Assembly (NCBI RefSeq): GCF_001194135.2
Contig: NC_068990.1
Span: 86,874,554-86,918,749, forward strand
Direction: 5' to 3'
From: Octopus bimaculoides
Taxonomy: Eukaryota
DNA length: 44,196 bases
In this document: positions 11,621-22,950 of the stretch, one piece after another
Position numbering within the stretch: the first letter of the stretch is position 1
How the letters are laid out: each line of letters opens with the position of its first letter
Program-made: the position numbers and the translations under genes
Notes under the pieces: model-generated
What the model saw: only the letters and a program-made list of their open reading frames with translations
The model's database searches: none
What the model was told of the DNA's origin: nothing

Positions 11621-11901
11621 ATGGTGATACCTGCTCAGAGGCCTGAGTGTGTGTATATATGTATATGTCTGTGCGTGTGAATGTTTTTTTATTTTTATAT
11701 ATATCAATATATCGTGTTATATAGCCATTATTGCACGTAATATAACTTTCTGTTAGTATGGAATTTAATTTGTATTTGTTATCTAAGAGGTAAACCGGAC
11801 AAGTTATCCGATTGAGGGCCTTGTTAAAACGCCTTTTTAGCCGTCTGTTCTTATTGATAACAAAATTGATAATGGTTTAATGGTTTCAATTGTCCTCCAA
11901 T

Positions 11902-11981
11902 ATACATATATACATATGCAATAATATACATATTAATATACATATACAATAATATACATATACAATAATACATATACAATA

Positions 11982-12022
<41 letters not shown>

Positions 12023-12056
12023 ATAATACATATACAATAATATACATATACAATAA
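11902..12056. repeat. Compound minisatellite of ATACAT and CAATAAT units
   Basis: Seen directly. Confidence 0.9.
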
Positions 12057-13068
12057 TCAGATAATCTCGTGTACTTTCACGTCATTTGCTTCCACCATGC
12101 AACAAATGGGTCTTTAAAACATTAGTGAATATAAGACGATGAATATTAATTATAAAAATAACGAACCTTGTCTGCAAGAGAGAGGTCACAGTATTATTAT
12201 CATATCATAAGGGCTTGCATTGTCTAGTATTGACCAGGGGGTGCTGCTTGATTCTCCTTTATTTACAAATATATTTAGGAAAATTGTCTGATGACAGAAT
12301 ATGCTATCGCACTGATAAATTTGACAGTTGAATGATTGCTCTGCGTGTTCTCCTTAGTTGGACGATATGTCGTTAATAGAGACGTCATCACAGGTATTAT
12401 AGTGGTGTATTGATTGCAATAATATGACCGAACGATAATAACTCGGGAGAGCGTTATGCACATGAAATATAAACACATATATGAACTATAAATATATGTC
12501 AGATAATGTGGTGAAAAACTTCGATTAACTGAAATTATTCATGGAATTAGGAAGCAAGCTCCAAGAGTGTTTAAAATCTAAAAACAACAAGGGGTGATAC
12601 ATCCAATATCATAAGCAACTTACATGTAAGGAATTCAACCGTATTTCTTCTGTGTGTACTGTTTGCCGCTCCTTAGTCTGGTGTTGATATCGTTGGCGGC
12701 TAGGTTATTTATTCCTGGCAGCCGATCACCGATAAGTATAGAAATTTCCAGTACATCACTTATATAATATGAAGAGCAATAAATTATCTCACATGTAAAT
12801 CACTGTATTACTTACACAATTATACTTCGACCTTTTCATAATTTCTCCTTTTAATTCGTTTGATATGTAATCGATAGTAAAGAATAATTTGTGAGAAGTC
12901 AAGTGGCATTCTTTTATCGTAAACGTCTAAGAAAGATGACCAGGGCGTATAAATTTTTGAACGCACTTCCAGATTAATGACGATGTTATTGGTTTTAAAG
13001 TTTAACAGCATATTATTTTTGTTGGAGCAGACAATGGCCAGCATTCCCACTCTAATCGTCCTTTCCAG

Positions 13069-13095
13069 AATGAGTATTGAATATTACTACAAATG
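13069..13095 (+). CDS. Candidate 27-nt microexon (phase 2-2), or first coding exon MSIEYYYK
   Basis: Branch-point-like CTAAT, acceptor cgtcctttcCAG (AG at 13067-13068) and donor ATG|GTGAGT at 13096. One frame is open. Confidence 0.3.
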
Positions 13096-13311
13096 GTGAG
13101 TGTGCCATCTTTTGAAAAATAGCGGATTGTAATATTAGGCTGATGTGGCTGCTATTCTTTGCATATTGAGCCACAACGGAGGGACTTCTTCGCTGGAAAA
13201 TGACTGATAAGTTGGACATTGTAGCTAAGCCCCAGGAAAGCTCTAACTGGGCAGATCTATTATCAAAAGAATTCCAAGACTGATCACCCATTTTTTAGAT
13301 GTTTTCAATAG

Positions 13312-13670
13312 TATTGGGTCCTCCCATAAATAATGGGTTTCTTCAATTCCATGAACTAAAAGTCGGAAGGTGACGGGATAAACTACCTGCATCAACTTGC
13401 TATAATGTTAATTTAACCTTGTCCTTATTCTTAGTGCAAATTTTGAAGAGTGCAGTTCGATTTTAACAGTTATTTTTTCAAAGCTATAATGGAAGTGACA
13501 AACAAGTATATTCGACATATATTGTTTTGTGAGTTCAATCAAAGCAACAATACAACGGAAAGTGCAAGGAATATTAATGCAGTATATGGGATCAGACAAT
13601 AAGCGTAAACCAGTGTCAGCGGTGGTTTACAGAAATCCGAGCCGGAAACTACATCCTAGAATATCAAAAG
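13312..13670 (+). mobile_element. Mariner 5' fragment: TIR, leader and decayed transposase N-terminus
   Basis: TA|TTGGGTCCTCCCATAAATAATG TIR. ATG at 13489 gives MEVTNKYIRHI, followed after frameshifts by EFNQSNNTTESARNINAVYG and TISVNQCQRWFTEIRAGNY (mariner HTH region). Confidence 0.9.
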
Positions 13671-13853
13671 GAAAAATTCTCAATGAAAATCTTTCTTTTT
13701 TTTTAGCGAAAAATTACTAAAAAATAACAACTTTGAATTGCCAAAAAAAAAAACCCAAAAAACTCGTATTGTTTATATGAACTACAAGCTCAGTTCAAAT
13801 AACCAAAACATATATTTTAGCGAAAATTGAAAAACGAAGGTTTGTGATGCATT

Positions 13854-14340
13854 CTAGATGTTTGTCAAACAATTTGCAATTTTCGATTTCCTGCGCCACA
13901 TAAACTCGCAGAAATACGAGTCAACCATAGAATCGTGGGAGCCACATCGTTGTTTATAGTTTCGTTTTCCAGAGGTGCATGTACTTTCCCGTTGTTGCGT
14001 GCGGATGCCATCTTTTGGGTTTATAAACTCAATGCTCTGGTTCACTGTTCTATGTGGAAAACAATAACAATCAACTTCATTGTCGTTCTTGGAAGAATCG
14101 ACTCACTTATGCATTCCTCCAGTGTATCGCGATTCTGATATGACACCGCATAAAGAAAACATGTCTGATATCACGACACACTACTCCGAAGACGCACAGC
14201 TTAGGTAGCACCCTTCTCCGGTTGTATTTTTGCCTTAAGAAGGCTGTTTCGTCAATCCCAACAATCTTCCCATAGCAGACTATATACCACGGCTTGTTAC
14301 TATGGAAACAGGCAGCAATGTGTCTGTGACTTTCGATTCG
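13854..14340 (-). mobile_element. Decayed Merlin-superfamily (IS1595/ISXO2-like) DDE transposase
   Basis: Frameshifted translation: GKIVGIDETAFLRQKYNRRRVLPKLCVFGVVCRDIRHVF / LYAVSYQNRDTLEECISESILPRTTM / HRTVNQSIEFINPKDGIRTQQRESTC...DSYFCEFMWRRK. This follows the Merlin motif order VEIDES-KYNRGR-WVFG-ILPGTTI-HxTVNH-FVDP-HTxxIES-YLxEFMWR. Confidence 0.88.
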
Positions 14341-14924
14341 CTAAAATTACCCAAAATTTGCTAAATTTAAAAGCTATTAACTTTTTATTCTTCACTTTAT
14401 GGCAAAAATGAATTTCATTTCCATAAATAATATGCGACACCAGTGCACCAAATTTGAAATAAATTGGATCAAAATTAAAGAAAAAGAGAAAAAGAAGAGA
14501 AATAACAACAAAAATAATAAATATATCAACCCCAACAACTCTAATACGATCTACTACGCTTCTGTATCGTAGGCTGTCGTTTATGTTAATGTTTAGCCCG
14601 TGGACGGACAAACCTGGCTGTGATCAAAGGCATTATGTCTGAGATCATCCTTTTTTTTTTAGATATTTCTGGAGCTATATAAGTTAATGTGACATTCCGT
14701 TATTTAAACTGTAGAACGTGAGCAGTTCCAGCGAACATGGAAGGGTTTCCCCCGCTTATTTTTGTTTGTTTCTCATTGATAATCATGTTAGATGTTAATA
14801 TATCAATTTGAATCTATAAATATATAAATAGTGACAGCTTCGTGACGCAAACAACTTAAGGTGTTGTTGTATGGCTGTGCTGAGCAGTCTCGAGACTTGT
14901 ATTTTCTTGTCATTTGACACCTAG

Positions 14925-15107
14925 CGGTTAGTAGAAGAGGACTGCTTGATTTATGCGAGATTGCCATGAGATATCAATGTGATGTTGGTGATAACAGATC
15001 ATTTTACTACCGCGAACCATTGTGGAGAAGTGTAGTGCAGGAGTTAGTTGATGTCAACGATGTTGAACCGACGTCATGCGAATCAACAAAGTTCAGATGT
15101 AGAAAAA
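14925..15107 (+). CDS. Candidate coding exon (183 nt, phase 1-1)
   Basis: Acceptor cttgtattttcttgtcatttgacacCTAG and donor AAA|GTGAGT. Single open frame: VSRRGLLDLCEIAMRYQCDVGDNRSFYYREPLWRSVVQELVDVNDVEPTSCESTKFRCRK. Confidence 0.3.
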
Positions 15108-15728
15108 GTGAGTGATAGTGAGAGTAAGAGAGATAGAGAAAGATGGTGGGAGGTAGGTTTCGTGAGAAACACCAATGCTTATGTACATTTGGTAACACAT
15201 TAACACACACACAATACACACGCATGTATTTATATATGAACGTGTGCGTTAATGTATGTGCCTCTGAGGGTGCACGCGCGCATGTGTGTGTGTGTGTGTC
15301 TGAAGGAAACGGTGAAGGCGTGTAGTTACGATTCTCTGACCGGGTGTGTATTCGCTTTACTCGAAAAAACGACCTCACAGATTGCTTCCATACATGTGAT
15401 GCATGAATAATTTGACCTGTTAGGCTTTTCATTTGATTTTTTAATTAAAAGTAAAAAATATTGTCTTATATTTATGATTCACTTCTTTAAAAAGGTTTCT
15501 CAATTTCAACTTCCGGTATTGACGTAAAAACGGCGAAGCTTCTCGCTGTCTATTTCAATGTTTTCATCTCAAGTTTTAATTCGATATTTGCAAACAACTA
15601 CGATAAATCAGTCAAAGAAATATTTACGAAGTTCACAAATTTAAATATTCGGTACAAGATAGCTTTTAATGTGCTTTTATTTATACGACTTATTCATTCC
15701 ATGATTATCTCTTTCATTGCTTACGATG

Positions 15729-15730
<2 letters not shown>

Positions 15731-15805
<75 letters not shown>

Positions 15806-15812
15806 GCACACG

Positions 15813-15849
<37 letters not shown>
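15731..15849. repeat. (CT)n/(CA)n microsatellite
   Basis: Seen directly. Confidence 0.95.
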
Positions 15850-15851
<2 letters not shown>

Positions 15852-15904
15852 GTCACATTAAATATGATATTACACAAATATCACATCAAAATTTTGCAAT
15901 TCAA

Positions 15905-16030
15905 CAAGGGGCGTCCCAAAAATATGGGCATTATTTTGCTTGAACTCGCACACTCCGTTAATTTCCGTAAAATTTTTTTATTCATTTTCTTTTTGCACGC
16001 CGTGTTCAACTCTATGTACTTTTAGTCAGT
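15905..16030 (-). mobile_element. Possible mariner 3' end
   Basis: CAAGGGGCGTCCCAAAA resembles a mariner TIR. On the - strand, AAAGTACATAGAGTTGAA resembles the KCIEL C-terminal motif. Heavily decayed. Confidence 0.4.
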
Positions 16031-16317
16031 CACAGACGCAAACGAGTGTTTTTGCATGTACGTTTGTATACATTTATGTATGTGTGAAGAGGTGTGTTGT
16101 CATGAATACGCACATACATTAATACATAGGCATACAGCTTTTCTCATGGTCAACTTTGTTGGTTGCTCCAGAGCAAGTAATTTTCAAGACTTATTTGGCT
16201 ATGCTCTAAACCAGAAAACAAATCATGTTCTTTACCCCGAAGCTCTTACATAATTTCCTTCAGCATATGTAGTAGAATTTATTTCCTTCCATATAAGTGG
16301 TAAATTTTCGCTTATTA

Positions 16318-16369
<52 letters not shown>

Positions 16370-16505
16370 GAAGTCAGAATTGATTTCCAAATTAAAGAAT
16401 AATTTTTATCCCAATTGAAGAATAAATTGAATTAAGATTAACAAATTTCTATACAACATATTTGGCCCTTTTCTTCCAACGTATAAGGAAAACTTTTATT
16501 CCCAG

Positions 16506-16570
16506 GCAACGCTGGGTGCCTCTGCTAGTATTATATATTTATATCTGTATTTTGTTCTCTTGGCAAGCAG
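16506..16570 (+). CDS. Candidate exon (65 nt) encoding a hydrophobic helix
   Basis: Acceptor acttttattccCAG and donor CAG|GTAGGG. Two frames are open and both are hydrophobic: QRWVPLLVLYIYICILFSWQA or ATLGASASIIYLYLYFVLLAS. Confidence 0.25.
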
Positions 16571-17024
16571 GTAGGGAGCAAAGCGACAACCAGTCACTTT
16601 TTATGAAAAAAAAAAAAAAGAATCTATATTCCATTGAGGGGAATTGTAGTATGACCTATATCTTCAGAACAACTAACCATTGTCCAGTATGGTCGAAGTT
16701 TAAATTCTAGCTATCTTTAAAACAAATCCCAAAGGCAAACATGCTGAAGCAGTAAATTTTTAACTGACATCCACAACCAGTGAAAATCTGTCATAGAAGA
16801 GAGCAATAAAATGTAAAGAAACAACTACCACCACCACCACCACCACCACCACCACCACCACCACCATCACCTTCACCATCACTCCACTTATACCGCCGTA
16901 TAAAATAGATCCAGTCGAATATTTACAGCTTATACGGATGACAATCGAATATTCACAGTGTAACAACAATTTAAAGCTACAGATTGCAGAGAATATATCC
17001 AAAATTCTCTATATTATCATTTGA

Positions 17025-17400
17025 TATCAGACCATTTTAGCGAGATTAGAGGAAACAACAGCCAGTCGCATGTTAAATGTTATCGACAGTGTCACTAGAG
17101 ACTATATGAAAATATGAGATAAGTTTGTAATGGACAATCAATACCTGACGGTATGCAGCCGTTATATGTTATAAAACATCTAGGGTATACATAGAATGCA
17201 CCTGGTAATGGAATTATGAAATGCAAGCCACCCAGTCGACAATAAAGCTAGAGAAAATATCAATAACCTACAACTGAGTATCGAACATTAATGAACCACC
17301 ATAATGCGCAATATGTTCACAGCATACGAACCAGATTGTTAGAAACGCTGATTGGAATGTATAGATTATTTTACATTCCAAACACAAGTGTGTTAGATTT
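17025..17400 (+). mobile_element. Highly decayed non-LTR retrotransposon RT C-terminal fragment (RTE-like)
   Basis: Ordered segments TILARLEETTASRMLNVIDSVTRDYMKI, KHLGY, KARENINNL and HSIRTRLLETLI match the order post-YADD helix, KYLG, AR.AFNKL, ISIKTKLRL. Stops and frameshifts are present. Confidence 0.45.
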
Positions 17401-18502
17401 GATAAATATATTTGTACTCAGCATCTTAAACGAGATATTCCTTCACTAAAAACGAATACAAAAACGAACAATAATTATTTTCCAGTTGAATGTTGGAATA
17501 TTAAAAGGAAGGAATATTTATGTGAAATGATCTCCTAAAAGTAAATAGAAAAACTTTAAATCTTGGTTTTAGATCCGGGAAGAACGGTAGTTCAATTAGT
17601 TGTATTATAGGAAAGAAAAGCGGATCGACAGAAAATATATGTACTATCATAACTCTATAACCTTCCCTAAGCTGCATAATGGGAAAAACACGAGAGAGAC
17701 AGCTACATATTTAAGAGAATTATCAAATTCACATACCAAGCTGCTTCGTACAAGTCTTGCAGCTAACAGGGAAGAAAACACAATTGAAGCAGACCATAAA
17801 TATATTGTTTTCATTATTTATTGGCTCTTTACAAGCTACTTCAACCAATACCACTGAGACTGCTACGAGTTCAGAAGACACGTGGACAGAAAGGATTATG
17901 AGATCATATCAAACAGTTGCTGATTAATAATTCTGTAACGTTTAAATTTAAAATATAGTGCAGAAAATCTTGTGATAATATGATCATAGCAAGTTGATTC
18001 ACTCGGTTTCCCTGTCATACACGCTGAAATAGCTAGATTTGGTAAAGATATTCTGAGATCAAGTTGCTCCTATTGAACAACTTAATAAGAGCTAGTCAAC
18101 AATCCTGTTCCTACGTTTGTGATAAATATAATTATATACAGGTGATGCTGTTGAGAAGGAAAGAAAGACTAAAGATTATTACACCAGACATTCAAACAAT
18201 TGATGCTCAGAACTTTCTTTCTTCAAGAAGACGCTACCCGACATAATATTTGCAGTACCAATAAGGGTACAAACATTGAAAGAATTTCACAATACTGTAA
18301 GGCTGATTCACCCATTGAGGGCAGTACTCAAAAGATCCTAACATAACTGAAAGCTTCCTCGTGAATAACGACCAATAGAAAAAAATATCCGTATTCGGCC
18401 TAAGTTCATCTTATATACAATTACATACATGTATACATAGACACACACACACACATACATAGACAAGCACACACACACAAACATAAACACACAAACACAT
18501 AT

Positions 18503-18718
18503 AATCTTTTCTACTCTAGGCACAACACCTGAAATTTTGGGGAGGGGACTAGTCGATTACATCGACTCCAGTATTTCACTGTTACTTAAATTGTCGACCC
18601 CGAAAGGATAAAAGGCAAAATCAACCTCGACTGAATTTGAACTCAGAACACAGTGGCAGACGAAATACCGCTAAACATTTCGCTCGGTGTGCTAACGATT
18701 CTGACAGCTCGTCGCCTT
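18503..18718 (-). mobile_element. Full-length SINE family A
   Basis: The reverse complement aligns end to end with the 6271 copy. Confidence 0.92.
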
Positions 18719-19671
18719 ACACACATATATATAACATAACCGCACGTAGATTGTTGGTGATTTTTCTTTTTTTCTCTTTGAACTTTTTTTTTTCCGACGA
18801 AGAGCTATGCTTGAAACGTTAACAACTCTCTCCTTTCACCAAACGTCTGATTAATATATTTCTTGTGCACGTCCTCACGTTCATTTTTTTTCTTTTTTTT
18901 CTGTTTTCTAATTGTGTGTTCTTTGAATTTACTATACATACGTATATATATATAAATATATATATATATCTTCACACACGACCATATTTTCTCACATCTA
19001 CAATTCACATCTCACCGGAATGCTGAGCCACTGTTACAACTGTTTCCTAGACCCATAAATTAAGATATCCTCTGTGTTTTAAGAGAAGTGAGTATATTAA
19101 TCATTTGTAATTATAATAGATAAAACAGATAAAATTTATTCATAGAAACTTAACAAAGGATTGCTAATAATAAATGTTTCCATTAGTTGACATTTTGTTT
19201 TATTGATTTCTGTACATGCGAAGTAATTGAGTGATTCAATGAAAGAACAAATACTAACGCGCATATTATCGAGGTGCATCGTGATAATTAAACTTTTAAA
19301 GCAATCATTAGAAATGTTTAGCATTCATTTGGCGCAATTAACTATTAAATTGCTTTTCTTTTAATTTACAAAATATCATTGAAATTGAGTATCATTAAGC
19401 GAGTCCTAAACGCATAGCTTTTATGCGTGATATTTATAAGTATAACAGTAAAAATAAATGGATATCTGCGTCGGTTTCGATACGTATTTACAGATATCCG
19501 ATCAAATAATTTACATAGTCATCGAATTACTGAGTAATGCAGCGGTCGCATACTCCACAGACACTTGTATTCATAGCGTAAAACTGAGTCAGATTCGGCT
19601 TACATAGAGTAGAAAAATACTGGCGAAATGAGGAACAGGTATGAGGATACACCATCCAACAGCTTCCAACG

Positions 19672-19790
19672 TTTAGTACTTTTTGTTAGGCCTAATGTAT
19701 ATTCTATCACTCTCTTTTGACGAACTGCTAATTTAAGGACGTTCAGATACCAGTACTGGTTGACAAGCAGCGGTCGGGGACAAACAGATA
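19672..19790 (-). mobile_element. SINE family B, degenerate 3'/central fragment
   Basis: TATTCTATC.CTCTCTTTTG.CGAAC.GCTAA core is shared with the 32195 and 34005 fragments. Family assignment is partly from recalled octopus SINE consensus. Confidence 0.65.
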
Positions 19791-19809
19791 CAAAAGAAAA
19801 CAACAGCAC

Positions 19810-19878
<69 letters not shown>

Positions 19879-21509
19879 TTATGAGCGAAATTTTAAAACT
19901 CGAGATATTTCTAAATCGCTATGCTAAGCCTTTATAACCACAATAACAGTATGCCCCTTCATTTCTTGAGTAAGCTGAGGGTCTGCAATTATTATTTTCT
20001 GAAACAAAGCCTATACAGAGCTAGCAAAAAATGCAGCAATGACCCAAAAATTGTATGTCCTCAAATACCTTACGCACCCTGTATAATCATTATGTGTGTA
20101 TGTATATTTAGATGTGTAATATTCAATGTCCTAACTCATATACTTATGTTAATATATGTGTACATGTAACTATATATCGGACGACTTAGACATAAAGAAA
20201 TAAAACATTCTCAGTATTTCAGAAATTTAGAGTTCCTTGAAATCTTTATTTGGTAACTAATTGACAGGGTCCGAAATAAACTTGATCACATCGATATTCT
20301 TTCACTAAACGAGACAATATTCTTTGTTCCATGTGACAGAAGCAGGTAGTCGTAAATTAGTATTCAGTTCAGTGTAGGTGTATTGTCCATGGAGACGTTA
20401 GAAAATAGCTATATTTTCTTAGTCTGTCATGTAATCTGATTCTCAAAACCACTTGAGCTTGATCAGATTTATAGGCTACTTATTTCCATACAGACACGCA
20501 CATTTGCATCTCCTTTGATATTTGCAAACAGTCTGCGAATATGTACAGAAAGCCGTATATGGATATGTGCTTGTACAGGAAACGTAAATTAACATAGATT
20601 ATCTTCAAACGCCTATGTGCTTAGACGTGGGGGACATTTACGAACTTCTTCCTACACATGCATAAATACAGAAGCAACAGAATAATTCTACAGTTATATG
20701 TGTTTAACTAAGTATACCAAGTGCTAACTATGGAGATTTCTGTTACTCATCTGCATTCATGATTACAATGACTTGAATGTACTCACACGCATAATGAAAT
20801 ACATATGTAACGAGATCCATGTAAAATATGTGTGTGGCGATGTTTGTATGTATGTGACTATATACATGTGTGTGTATATATATATATATGTATAATGTAT
20901 GTATGTATATATATGTATATGTATATGTGTATGTGTTTATATATGTGTGTATATGTATGTATATATATATATATATATATATACATATGTGTGTGTGTAT
21001 ATATATATTATATATNNNNNNNNNNNNNNNNNNNNNNNNNNNNNNNNNNNNNNNNNNNNNNNNNNNNNNNNNNNNNNNNNNNNNNNNNNNNNNNNNNNNN
21101 NNNNNNNNNNNNNNNNNNNNNNNNNNNNNNNNNNNNNNNNNNNNNNNNNNNNNNNNNNNNNNNNNNNNNNNNNNNNNNNNNNNNNNNNNNNNNNNNNNNN
21201 NATATGTATATGTATATGTGTATGTGTTTATATATGTGTGTATATGTATGTATATATATATATATATATATACATATGTGTGTGTGTATATATATATTAT
21301 ATATATGTGTGCAGAGAGAGAGAAAGAGAGATGTTTACACATACACGCACAAATATATATACACATACATATATATATATATGCACTCATATATATTTTT
21401 GCATGTAAGAATGTATGTATATATATATATATATATTGTTAAAAAGTAAAACAAACACCAAGGCAAGACATCTTATGTCATATATGCTATTATTCAAAAT
21501 TATTAAGTA

Positions 21510-21900
21510 ATTTTTAAAGTCTTACAGCTGTTTCAGGGATATCCCAAAAGCATGTGGTGTATCGCGTCATCAGAGACAGATGATGAGAAAATGAGAGGGT
21601 ATAGATTACGGAAACGATGGAGAGATATAGATAATCAATGAGGCTTTAGGTACAATCCAATGTGAATCCAGGTAAGATAATATTCCTCATATTGTAGGTG
21701 TCCAGAAAGAATACTTCCACGTCGAAGGTTCATAATGTAACGATAGTGTGAGATAGTAGAAATCGGCTAAAGAGAGAAGTAGATAGAAAGAGAGGTATCA
21801 TAATAGTGCGGTAGAAGTTATTGAAGTAAAAAGAGTAGTAATAAGTAGTAGATATCACGATCGAGGCACAATAGTTTCACGTAATCGGTATGTGAAGCCA
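21510..21900 (-). mobile_element. Probable Penelope-like element terminal repeat fragment
   Basis: Strand-asymmetric (pyrimidine-rich on -) segment ending in a minimal hammerhead motif, which is typical of Penelope-like pLTRs. No RT or GIY-YIG ORF is seen. Confidence 0.5.
21519..21577 (-). ncRNA. Minimal type I hammerhead ribozyme motif with a partly decayed stem II
   Basis: The - strand reads GUCU-CUGAUGA-[cgcgaua...uaucccu]-GAAA-CAGCUG-UA-AGAC: intact core, 4-bp stem I, palindromic stem III loop and GUA cleavage triplet. Confidence 0.7.
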
Positions 21901-22586
21901 TTATTCAGCGTCAAGCCATCGTGTGATTCGATTTTCTACAACTTTGTCATTGTGCCCTAATTAAAGACTGTTTTTGGTGGTAACCGCAGAATACTGAGAC
22001 AGCGGCACGAACTCTCTAATCTCATTGCCAAATCAGATGGCATGTAGTAGACAGGAATTTTTATCGCCACGAAAGTAGCGCAGTTATTTATCACTTGTGA
22101 TGGGCCAGACACAAATTGCTATAAAAGGTAACTTGTTATATACCCCAATCAGTATATCTCACCCGTTATGTAATTATTGCTGTTAGTTTTGTACAGGACT
22201 TACACAGAAAACACTATATGCAGTAATAAAATATTCTCTTCATTGTTCGCGAGTGTTGTTAGTTACTTCTTTACGCAGTCGGAGAAATGCATTTTTATTC
22301 ACTAACTCAACAGTCACCATAGCAGCATTTGACGAATTAGCCCAAACACCAATCTCCTGACAAATACATTTAGACAGTTTTACGACCTTAAAATTTCTAT
22401 ATCTTTCTTTTTTGCTTTTTTCTCACTTCCTCGATTTTAGATTCTCTCACAGTCAGTCTAAATCCATAGGCATTTTTTGTTCGCGTTCTTACAGTCACAT
22501 ATATGTTCAATGTGTATTAACGTGCGCGTATTTTTATGATTTATGTATTTGTATGCCTATTGGTTTATTGTGCGCTTGTATACGTA

Positions 22587-22904
22587 TGTATGTATGTATG
22601 TATGTATGTATGTATGTATGTATATATATATATNNNNNNNNNNNNNNNNNNNNNNNNNNNNNNNNNNNNNNNNNNNNNNNNNNNNNNNNNNNNNNNNNNN
22701 NNNNNNNNNNNNNNNNNNNNNNNNNNNNNNNNNNNNNNNNNNNNNNNNNNNNNNNNNNNNNNNNNNNNNNNNNNNNNNNNNNNNNNNNNNNNNNNNNNNN
22801 NNNNNNNNNNNNNNNNNNNNNNNNNNNNATATATATATATATATATACATACATACATATATATATAGAGAGAGAGAAAGATATATAGAAAGATAGATAG
22901 ATAA

Positions 22905-22950
<46 letters not shown>
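22587..22950. repeat. (TATG)n, (TA)n and (AGAT)n microsatellites around an N gap
   Basis: Seen directly. Confidence 0.95.

Noticed and set aside
13182-13280. LLRWKMTDKLDIVAKPQESSNWADLLSK resembling the Ty3/gypsy RNase H end
   Set aside because: No upstream TDH motif or other pol motifs in frame; the similarity is too short.
14975-15010. NVMLVITDHFTT resembling the gypsy integrase core
   Set aside because: The flanking sequence does not continue the integrase pattern and stops follow.
20911-21304. About 105-nt direct repeat on both sides of an N gap
   Set aside because: Identical sequence on both gap flanks is the signature of unmerged overlapping contig ends, so it is probably a false duplication.
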